This document shows positions 60,901 through 64,000 of a stretch of 64,000 bases of DNA, one piece after another. Source of the DNA: Amoebophrya sp. A120. Taxonomy: Eukaryota > Protista > Dinoflagellata. The first letter of the stretch is position 1. The number at the start of each line of letters is the position of its first letter. The stretch covers positions 7,122,989 to 7,186,988 of the forward strand of contig CAJINV010000005.1 of NCBI GenBank assembly GCA_905178155.1, written 5' to 3'. The notes under the pieces are model-generated. The model worked only from the letters and a program-made list of their open reading frames with translations, ran no database searches and was not told the DNA's origin. Position numbers and translations under genes: made by a program.

Positions 60901-63851
60901 AATTCGTCATGCGGATTCGGCATTGCGGAAGCTTCTCGAAACCTGTGATGTTATTGCTTTCATGCCAGACCTTCTGTGTCATGCAAAAACAGCATGTTGA
61001 CTCTTCCAGAGGATCCAGACATTTTTAGATTTGATAGGAATTCTTTTTTCAGAATGACGCGAACATGTTGACGGACAGAGCCTTGCACGATTTGAGGGAA
61101 GGCAAGTGTTTCTTTTCCGAAGCACAGCAGGAAAACCTGCTGCAGGAGAAGCGGAAGAAGCATGATGATTTTAGTACGCATTCAACTACATTATCAGACC
61201 CAGACAGCGCAAGGAACACTGAAGATGCAAGAAACGCTCGGGATGACCGAGAAAACAGCACTCCTAGCTCTACTACTGTCCAGGAAGCTTTGGACAGCCC
61301 CTTCCTCCTGAAAGCCATGAATTGCAAAAGTATCGTACTCGTCTAAATGCATTGCAAATTTTCTCAGCATGAGAAGTGAAATTTGTAAATGCGGATTTAT
61401 CTTAAGAAAAAGATTTGTAATGCAAGACCTGCATTTATACAAGTGCGATACTTTTGCACAGGATAAAAGCCCTGGCCCAACAGTACTACGCGTACCTGCG
61501 GGGATATCCAAGGAAAAAAGTGTTACAATTACGCATTTGTAGTAAATTCAGCATCACAAATTTGCCTCGCATGATTGACGGAGGAAATTTGTAATGCAGA
61601 GATCATAGGGCAAATCAAAACACACACGAAACGCGACTCGCAAGCATTTTTAGCATGATAGAGGTCGTCTGTCTTGCATGTTTTGCAACACAATGTGTGA
61701 ATGTAACACTTTTTTCTGTCCATAGGGGAAAATTCGAAAAGCTCAGTAGCGACCCGGTTACCAGGCTATCCCACGAAAAAACTGTTTCACTGTAACGATT
61801 TTGCAAGTTTTGCATCACAAGTTTGTAGTTCTACACGACAGAGATGAAAATTTGCCATGCAAGATTCCTAAGGAAAAACACAGCTAAAAATCCACTGTCT
61901 TGCATGTGTAGCAAGACAAACACTATGCGAAATGCATTTTCCGCATGACAAGTTTACAGTGAAATATTTTTTGCTTGCGATACAGGCCCAAAGCCGCCGC
62001 GTATCGGATTCGAGCTGATTTAGTGGACCACCAGTTGCTGAGCTGTTGCGAAGATCATCATGTTGGACGAGTCGTGGATAGGAGTAGGACTACGACGGAG
62101 GAACATCAAAGCAAGGAACAACAGCTCGCCCTTGCCGCTGCAACCTCCTCTTCCTCGTGTGAAAATGGCATGACAAGTAACGATACTAATCCTAGTGCAG
62201 CTAATCGCACAACTAATTCTTCCTCTACTACCTTCCATCTCCTCGACCGTCACCCAAACAACTTCTTAACGCAAATGCGTTTCCCGAACGGGGACGAAAA
62301 TTTCGTAAATCCCAAGTTCGAGTTATCGAAAAGAAAATTTCCCCCTCCCCATATCACAACGAAATATCTGATGCTGGATTTGTGTACACAAGTTGCTGGA
62401 GAGCACTGTGGGCGCATATCAAGTGCGAGTAGCAGGGTTTTGGCTTTATACATAGGCACTTCTTAGCATGAAAAACGTCAGCATGACAAATAACCGCCTG
62501 CACAATGCGGCGGCTGTCTGCGGAGTTGCCTTCTTGCAAGACAGACACGATTTGCGACCACAAATCAGCATAACAAATTTCCAAAAGTATACCTTTTGTT
62601 CAGTATGGGGAGGGGGGATTTTTCCTTTGAATGCGAGTATTTTACCAAAGAGCTCCACGAGGAGGACAAGGCGCACCTGGTCATGCACAAAATATGGATT
62701 GTAAAGATGTCTGGGTCTGGAAGATTGCAACTTGTCATGCTAAAACTGAATCATGCAGAAATCTGTGTTGCATGAGTGCCAAAAGGTGTCCACTTTCGAC
62801 CAGGTTTGGAGGGAGTTTCTCATGCAGAATAGGCATGGCAGGGACCTCACAGACTCTGTCATGCTAGGTCCCGCATTCCAGACCTCACAAGTCATGGAAA
62901 ACCTGCATGACAAGTTTAGACTCTTCCAGACCCAGACATTTTTGCATTTGATACAAAATGGACAACCGCGATTGGCACGGGATTAAGTCACCGCGTTGGC
63001 AAACGATTGCTATATGGAATTCGCTGTGGACGCTGGCGTTCCGGGAGGCGCAGTGCTTATGCATCGCAAAATGTGCGTAAGTACTCGTACATTCTAATTG
63101 CAATCGAGCATGACAAACCTGATTTCCTATGTAACTCACCATGACTACAAATTTAAACTGTCATGCTGACGAAATCGAAATTTGTCATGCGGTCACTTCT
63201 ACAGCCAGTACACGATGCTACTTTTGCAAAAATGCATACTGCTTCGCAAGCTGCGACAACTTTATGGGGAAAAATGTTTTCTCGCCCGCGGAAGGTGGAG
63301 GCGCGGAGGAGGGTGACCAGGACGAACTTTTTTCTCCGGTGCCAGTACGCATTGCAAATATGTCCGGGTCTAGAAGGATGCAACGTGTCTTGCTGTTGCT
63401 GGATTTGGATTCTACAAAAATCTGTATTGCATGAACAGCAACAGTAACAGAGGTGGTCCAGTTTTTGCCACGGCGAGAGGGAATTTCTCGTGCGGTATAG
63501 GCATCAGGAGGCCCTCACAAAATCTGTGATGCTAGGGCATGCATCACAAACATCAGGAGTCTAGTCATGCAAAATGTGGTGCATGACAATCCTTCCAGAC
63601 CCGGACATATTTGCACTTGATAGCCAGTTTCGGAAAACGACGAGGAACAACCTAGCAGTGGACCTAGTACGTCAACCCGTCCGCTGGATGAATTTGGCCC
63701 GGTTCTTGAGCAACAATTGCAGAGCAGCAACTGCAATAGCAATACCTCGTCGCAACAAGTCCAAGAATCTGCTGCTGGCAGTCGTTCTTCATCATCCTCA
63801 CATTTGTACGATTACGCAAAAAGCAGAACGACCAGGGACAGTGTCGTTGTC
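933..63851 (+). CDS. Giant multi-exon protein (~11,500 aa within window, incomplete at both ends) with DUF4326-like domain and DEAH/RHA RNA helicase core
   Basis: Removing each TAT...ATA element plus one 5-bp TSD joins successive ORF-track fragments (2706, 5917, 7655, 8507, 13297, 13999, 17257, 19057, 20066 ... 45260, 58840, 61975) in frame without stops. 10245-13450 is skipped as duplicated sequence. The link across 1301-2578 assumes a GT-AG intron and is less certain. Confidence 0.8.
1036..1244. mobile_element. Introner F4
   Basis: TIR TATC..AGAAAAAACTGTTTCACTG; TSD AAGGA/AAGGA. Confidence 0.9.
1301..2578 (+). other. Putative canonical GT-AG intron
   Basis: AT|GTATAA ... CTCTTAATATTTCAG|C joins GAC-AT to C-TTC-TCC in frame; no TIR or TSD. 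Confidence 0.5.
1742..1902. repeat. GGTGACAC/GTGTCACC motif cluster with a 14-bp-arm palindrome
   Basis: About 9 GTGAC/GTCAC copies; GTGTCACCGGGCTC-gatttt-GAGCCCGGTGACAC at 1869-1902. Confidence 0.8.
2579..5112 (+). CDS. Large exon of giant gene (K/E/S-rich, contains DUF4326-like domain)
   Basis: Frame open from 2571 (ORF 2706-5231) and continues after introner 5113-5374. Confidence 0.85.
4182..4559 (+). CDS. DUF4326-like domain within giant protein
   Basis: FVGKPSRWCSPF ... LNDLNNRVIGCWSKRDETSFAHGEVL resembles my recollection of the DUF4326 pattern YIGRPSxWGNPF ... LxxLxGKxLGCWCxPxxCHGDVL; no HMM search run. Confidence 0.6.
5113..5374. mobile_element. Introner F1
   Basis: TIR TATCAA(A/C)TGTAAAAATGTCTGGGTCT; TSD AATCG/AATAG. 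Confidence 0.92.
5427..5645. mobile_element. Introner F3
   Basis: TIR TATGA.AGTGCACAACTCCCCCT; TSD CCAGT/CCAGT. Confidence 0.92.
5715..5864. mobile_element. Introner F2
   Basis: TIR TAT....TGCAAAAGTATCGTAC; TSD GCTGG/GCTGG. Confidence 0.92.
5870..7207 (+). CDS. Exon of giant gene (acidic, low complexity)
   Basis: ORF 5917-7215 frame, joined in frame at both ends. Confidence 0.85.
7208..7487. mobile_element. Introner F5
   Basis: TIR TAT.CTGAGTAAAAACGT; TSD GACGA/AACGA. Confidence 0.92.
7528..7688. mobile_element. Introner F6
   Basis: TATCCAAAGTGAATTTCCCGTAC ... GTACGG..AAATTGTATTGCATA; TSD CGGCG/CGGCG. Confidence 0.92.
8162..8468. mobile_element. Introner F7
   Basis: TIR TATGGA.G.GTCAG..TTGAAATCG; TSD CATCT/CATCC. 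Confidence 0.92.
8474..9922 (+). CDS. Exon of giant gene
   Basis: ORF 8507-9934 frame, joined in frame at both ends. Confidence 0.85.
9923..10184. mobile_element. Introner F1
   Basis: F1 TIR; TSD TGGCG/TGGCG. Confidence 0.93.
10246..13375 (-). repeat. Inverted duplicate of 5128-8257 (starts right after the N at 10245)
   Basis: Identical ORF translations map x to 18503-x (5917-7215+ = 11288-12586-; 7655-8215+ = 10288-10848-); includes reversed introner copies at 10815-10975, 11016-11295, 12639-12788, 12858-13076. Confidence 0.95.
13129..13390. mobile_element. Hybrid F1 introner (body of 5113 element reversed, right tip of 9923 element)
   Basis: Flanks CTATT and TGGCG, so no TSD; switch lies within shared CACTCTTCCAGACCCAGACA (13356-13375). 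Confidence 0.85.
13356..13450 (+). repeat. 95-bp direct duplicate of 10150-10244
   Basis: Identical up to the N; resembles a contig-end overlap. Confidence 0.9.
13927..14188. mobile_element. Introner F1
   Basis: F1 TIR; TSD CGGCA/CGGCA. Confidence 0.93.
14194..17222 (+). CDS. Large exon of giant gene
   Basis: ORF 13999-17232 frame between introners 13927-14188 and 17223-17331. Confidence 0.85.
17223..17331. mobile_element. Introner F8 (109 nt)
   Basis: 30-nt TIR TATTCCCTGAAAAT.AACCATCCCCATCCA; TSD CTCCA/CTCCA. Confidence 0.93.
17337..18639 (+). CDS. Exon of giant gene
   Basis: ORF 17257-18642 frame; its apparent TAG stop is the first triplet of introner 18640-18954. Confidence 0.85.
18640..18954. 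mobile_element. Introner F1-like, degenerate (TAG start)
   Basis: ATGTCTGGGTCTG / CAGACCCAGACAT; TSD CCATG/CCATG. Confidence 0.85.
18998..19254. mobile_element. Introner F1
   Basis: F1 TIR; TSD GTGCG/GTGCG. Confidence 0.92.
19563..19838. mobile_element. Introner F1
   Basis: F1 TIR; TSD TTGAA/TTGCA. Confidence 0.9.
19894..20046. mobile_element. Introner F2
   Basis: F2 TIR; TSD GGCTA/GGCTA. Confidence 0.92.
20922..21093. mobile_element. Introner F2
   Basis: F2 TIR; TSD AGCTT/AGGTT. Confidence 0.88.
21457..22643. mobile_element. Large (1187 nt) degenerate introner, unassigned family
   Basis: TATCCT...AGGATA ends; TSD GTGGA/TTGGA; removal gives in-frame HYIVE|DRRKQTEIMHEKK. Confidence 0.75.
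21937..22361. repeat. 33-nt AT-rich motif x4 (one inverted, three direct)
   Basis: AATAAAAATAAAATTTT...TTCGCGGATTT at 22158, 22200, 22329; reverse complement at 21937-21969. Confidence 0.85.
22724..22878. mobile_element. Introner F6
   Basis: F6 ends (reverse orientation); diverged TSD CGGTT/TGGTA; frame restored. Confidence 0.85.
23632..23871. mobile_element. Introner F9
   Basis: TIR TATGGC.TTCTCA.CTGTTACAT.CTCA; TSD AAGAA/AAGAA. Confidence 0.92.
24043..24268. mobile_element. Introner F3
   Basis: F3 TIR; TSD ATCTT/ACCTT. Confidence 0.9.
24416..24633. mobile_element. Introner F4 (ACA end)
   Basis: F4 TIR; TSD ACGGG/ACGGG. Confidence 0.9.
24725..24875. mobile_element. Introner F2
   Basis: F2 TIR; TSD GGGGG/GGGGG. 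Confidence 0.92.
24919..25078. mobile_element. Introner F6
   Basis: F6 ends; TSD eroded ATCCA/TGCCG; frame restored. Confidence 0.85.
25238..25399. mobile_element. Introner F2
   Basis: F2 TIR; TSD TTTGC/TTTGC. Confidence 0.92.
25705..25854. mobile_element. Introner F2
   Basis: F2 TIR; TSD TCACA/TCACA. Confidence 0.92.
25924..26139. mobile_element. Introner F3
   Basis: F3 TIR; TSD TCTTG/TCTTG. Confidence 0.92.
26215..27271. mobile_element. Introner F2 enlarged by nested element (ATG end)
   Basis: F2 halves 26215-26253 and 27157-27271; TSD ACGGA/ACGGA. Confidence 0.9.
26254..27156. mobile_element. Nested 903-bp TG...CA element (solo LTR or non-autonomous DNA element)
   Basis: Ends TGTATCAGTTC / GAACCGATTCA (9/11 inverted match), 4-bp TSD CATG. 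Confidence 0.75.
27342..27626. mobile_element. Introner F5 (CAT start)
   Basis: F5 ends; TSD AGGGA/AGAGA. Confidence 0.88.
27831..27991. mobile_element. Introner F10
   Basis: TIR TATCA.....AAAAGTGTTAACGTTAACGG; TSD TCCGG/TTCGG. Confidence 0.9.
28024..28184. mobile_element. Introner F6
   Basis: F6 ends; TSD TCCTT/TCCTG. Confidence 0.9.
28190..33058 (+). CDS. DEAH/RHA (DExH-box) SF2 RNA helicase core plus HA2 region, split by 11 introners
   Basis: Spliced motifs in order: I GRTGTGKSTQ, Ia TQPKRLGA, IGYRVG, II LILDEMHDR, III IMSATL, IV LVFLPG, LHS, V ATNIAESGITIPDV, VI QRQGRTGR; then HA2-like FLHMLPCPP...WLQKNGFL..NDITAMG. Confidence 0.93.
28460..28605. mobile_element. Introner F2
   Basis: F2 TIR; TSD CCCTC/CCCTG; just after Walker A. 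Confidence 0.9.
28888..29072. mobile_element. Introner F2
   Basis: F2 TIR; TSD CCGGC/CCGGG. Confidence 0.88.
29281..29575. mobile_element. Introner F5
   Basis: F5 ends; TSD GAACG/GAACG. Confidence 0.92.
29623..29846. mobile_element. Introner F11
   Basis: TIR TAT.CAAGAAAAAAACTGTGT; TSD TCATC/TCATC. Confidence 0.92.
29882..30143. mobile_element. Introner F1
   Basis: F1 TIR; TSD GTGAC/GGGAC. Confidence 0.92.
30387..30677. mobile_element. Introner F5
   Basis: TIR TATCCT.TG.AAAAACGTCCCCACG; TSD ACTCG/ACTCG. Confidence 0.92.
31505..31654. mobile_element. Introner F2
   Basis: F2 TIR; TSD CGCAT/CGCTT. Confidence 0.9.
31736..31891. mobile_element. Introner F2
   Basis: F2 TIR; TSD TTATG/TTATG. 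Confidence 0.92.
32034..32331. mobile_element. Introner F1-like, degenerate (first of twin)
   Basis: TAT...ATA; TSD CCCGC/TCAGC; shared internal motifs. Confidence 0.78.
32338..32487. mobile_element. Introner F2 (second of twin)
   Basis: F2 TIR; TSD CAGCC/CCGCC. Confidence 0.9.
32536..32805. mobile_element. Introner F1
   Basis: F1 TIR; TSD AGAAG/AGAAG. Confidence 0.92.
33059..33240. mobile_element. Introner F6
   Basis: F6 ends; TSD AACTT/AACTT. Confidence 0.92.
33717..33990. mobile_element. Introner F1
   Basis: F1 TIR; TSD GGGCA/GGGCA. Confidence 0.92.
34056..34320. mobile_element. Introner F1
   Basis: F1 TIR; TSD ATCGC/ATCGC. Confidence 0.92.
34748..34906. mobile_element. Introner F2
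   Basis: F2 TIR; TSD GTCGC/ATCAC. Confidence 0.88.
34984..35241. mobile_element. Introner F1-like
   Basis: TIR TATGCATTG.AA..GCGTGTCTGGGTCTG; TSD GAAGG/GAAGC. Confidence 0.9.
35788..36000. mobile_element. Introner F4
   Basis: F4 TIR; TSD ATCCG/ATCCG. Confidence 0.92.
36165..37230. mobile_element. Introner F1-like with ~860-nt internal cargo
   Basis: TATCAAATGGAAAAATGTC ... GACATTTTTACATTTGATA; TSD AAACG/AAGCG; frame restored. Confidence 0.87.
37297..37448. mobile_element. Introner F2
   Basis: F2 TIR; TSD AACGG/AACGA. Confidence 0.9.
37647..37874. mobile_element. Introner F3
   Basis: Diverged F3 TIR; TSD CCCGC/CTCGC. Confidence 0.88.
38216..38439. mobile_element. Introner F4
   Basis: F4 TIR; TSD CATTC/CCTTC. 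Confidence 0.9.
39382..39608. mobile_element. Introner F11
   Basis: F11 TIR; TSD GACTT/GACTC. Confidence 0.9.
39756..40063. mobile_element. Introner F7
   Basis: F7 TIR; TSD AAGAC/AAGAC. Confidence 0.92.
40440..40650. mobile_element. Introner F4
   Basis: F4 TIR; TSD AATGG/AATGG. Confidence 0.92.
40794..41058. mobile_element. Introner F1
   Basis: F1 TIR; TSD ATGCC/ATGCC. Confidence 0.92.
41095..41250. mobile_element. Introner F2
   Basis: F2 TIR; TSD CGGGA/CGGGA. Confidence 0.92.
41389..41709. mobile_element. Introner F12
   Basis: TIR TAT...GAGGAAAAA.CCCCCCTCCCCATA; TSD AAACT/GCACT. Confidence 0.88.
41964..42105. mobile_element. Introner F2
   Basis: F2 TIR; TSD AGACG/AAACG. Confidence 0.9.
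42222..42484. mobile_element. Introner F1
   Basis: F1 TIR; TSD CGGTT/CGGTT. Confidence 0.92.
42580..42742. mobile_element. Introner F6
   Basis: F6 ends; TSD TGGTG/CGGCG. Confidence 0.88.
42748..44804 (+). CDS. Large exon of giant gene (acidic/Ser-rich)
   Basis: ORF 42675-44873 frame. Confidence 0.85.
44805..44954. mobile_element. Introner F2
   Basis: F2 TIR; TSD ACAGC/ACAGC. Confidence 0.92.
45073..45343. mobile_element. Introner F1
   Basis: F1 TIR; TSD CAGAT/GAGAT. Confidence 0.9.
45349..49983 (+). CDS. Largest exon of giant gene (4.6 kb, no introner)
   Basis: ORF 45260-50080 frame between introners 45073-45343 and 49984-50128. Confidence 0.88.
49984..50128. mobile_element. Introner F2
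   Basis: F2 TIR; TSD CACAC/CACAC. Confidence 0.92.
50464..50787. mobile_element. Introner F7
   Basis: F7 TIR; TSD TTCGA/TTCGA. Confidence 0.92.
51104..51371. mobile_element. Introner F1
   Basis: F1 TIR; TSD CCACA/CCACA. Confidence 0.92.
51726..52562. mobile_element. Introner F1 with ~570-nt insertion (ATC end)
   Basis: F1 halves flank 51936-52502; TSD AACGA/AACGA. Confidence 0.88.
52612..52846. mobile_element. Introner F9
   Basis: F9 TIR; TSD CAATC/CAACC. Confidence 0.9.
53112..53340. mobile_element. Introner F13
   Basis: TATGCGAAGAAAAAAGTGTTACAG ... TGTAAC...TTTTCGTGGGATA; TSD TCGGT/TCGGC. Confidence 0.88.
53503..53674. mobile_element. Introner F2
   Basis: Diverged F2 TIR; TSD GGACA/GGAGA. 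Confidence 0.87.
54046..54312. mobile_element. Introner F5
   Basis: AAAAACGTCCCCACCCCAGAG inverted repeat; TSD GGTCG/GGTCG. Confidence 0.92.
54726..54880. mobile_element. Introner F6
   Basis: F6 ends; TSD TAATC/TAATC. Confidence 0.92.
55195..55358. mobile_element. Introner F2
   Basis: F2 TIR; TSD GCAAC/GCAGC. Confidence 0.9.
55420..56545. mobile_element. Introner F7 with ~820-nt insertion
   Basis: F7 halves flank ~55458-56275; TSD GGATG/CGATG. Confidence 0.88.
55485..55990. repeat. AGAGG / CCTCT short-motif array inside the insertion
   Basis: AGAGG at 55485, 55495, 55507, 55518, 55529, 55539, 55550, 55560 and beyond; reversed CCTCT copies at 55741-55990. Confidence 0.85.
57446..57608. mobile_element. 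Introner F2
   Basis: F2 TIR; TSD CGATG/CGATG. Confidence 0.92.
57746..57906. mobile_element. Introner F6
   Basis: F6 ends; TSD GTCCG/GTCCG. Confidence 0.92.
58014..58265. mobile_element. Introner F1
   Basis: F1 TIR; TSD AGAGA/AGAGA. Confidence 0.92.
58741..58954. mobile_element. Introner F6-like (long)
   Basis: TATGCAAGACAA ... TGTGGATA; TSD CCTTC/CCATC. Confidence 0.85.
59722..59828. mobile_element. Introner F8 (107 nt)
   Basis: TATCCA..AAAAACAACCAT.CCCAT inverted repeat; TSD ACCTG/ACCCG. Confidence 0.88.
59876..60104. mobile_element. Introner F3
   Basis: F3 TIR; TSD ATGAA/ATGAA. Confidence 0.92.
60194..60343. mobile_element. Introner F2
   Basis: F2 TIR; TSD CGACC/CGACC. Confidence 0.92.
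60396..60718. mobile_element. Introner F12
   Basis: F12 TIR; TSD AAAAT/AAAAT. Confidence 0.9.
60777..61036. mobile_element. Introner F1
   Basis: F1 TIR; TSD GGAAT/GGAAT. Confidence 0.92.
61316..61465. mobile_element. Introner F2 (CAT start)
   Basis: F2 TIR; TSD AAAGC/AAAGC. Confidence 0.9.
61505..61724. mobile_element. Introner F13
   Basis: TIR TAT....GAAAAAAGTGTTACA; TSD GGGGA/GGGGA. Confidence 0.92.
61767..61982. mobile_element. Introner F4
   Basis: F4 TIR (reverse orientation); TSD CAGGC/CAGGC. Confidence 0.92.
62324..62633. mobile_element. Introner F12 (ATG end)
   Basis: F12 TIR; TSD CGAGT/CGAGT. Confidence 0.9.
62693..62953. mobile_element. Introner F1
   Basis: F1 TIR; TSD CAAAA/CAAAA. 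Confidence 0.92.
63058..63238. mobile_element. Introner F2
   Basis: Diverged F2 TIR; TSD GTGCT/CTGCT. Confidence 0.87.
63346..63622. mobile_element. Introner F1 (TAC start)
   Basis: F1 TIR; TSD GCCAG/GCCAG. Confidence 0.9.
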
Positions 63852-64000
63852 TATGACAGTGCACAACTCCCCCTCCCCCTCATTTGTATAGCATGAACGG
63901 CAACACAAGCATCAGCAAGAGTGCCTGTTTTGCATGACAAATTTACGCTGGAGTGTAGTGCTATCTGGGCTACCAGAAATTGCCATGCAAGCAGTGCCAT
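63852..64000. mobile_element. Introner F3, truncated by window end
   Basis: Starts TATGACAGTGCACAACTCCCCCTCCCCCTCATTTG. Confidence 0.88.

Noticed and set aside
85-63891. The many short overlapping and antisense ORFs, and recurring peptides such as PDPDIFAF, CKSIVLV and KFVM
   Set aside because: They are shadows of low-complexity exons or translations of introner TIRs and motifs, not a protein repeat family

Overview
Eukaryotic DNA. The intron architecture closely matches what is published for the parasitic dinoflagellate Amoebophrya (A120-type introner elements); this taxon call is an inference. Almost the whole window reads as ONE giant plus-strand gene, open at both ends. It is interrupted by 88 complete and 2 partial MITE-like non-canonical introns (introners), which I grouped by eye into 13 TIR families (F1-F13) plus one unassigned degenerate element. 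Nearly all start TAT, end ATA, carry family-specific terminal inverted repeats and sit between 5-bp target-site duplications (TSD). Manually removing each element plus one TSD copy restored a continuous frame at every junction, giving roughly 11,500 codons. The protein has a DUF4326-like domain, a DEAH/RHA helicase core (possibly Spindle-E/TDRD9-like) and long low-complexity stretches. All 13 families share an internal TGTVATGC/GCATBACA motif, often spaced 31-33 nt apart. Several introners carry nested cargo. A 3.1-kb inverted duplicate after the single N at 10245 joins through the TIRs of two F1 elements (inversion allele or chimera). No transposase, rRNA, tRNA or CRISPR was recognised. Coordinates were counted by hand and may be off by a few bases.
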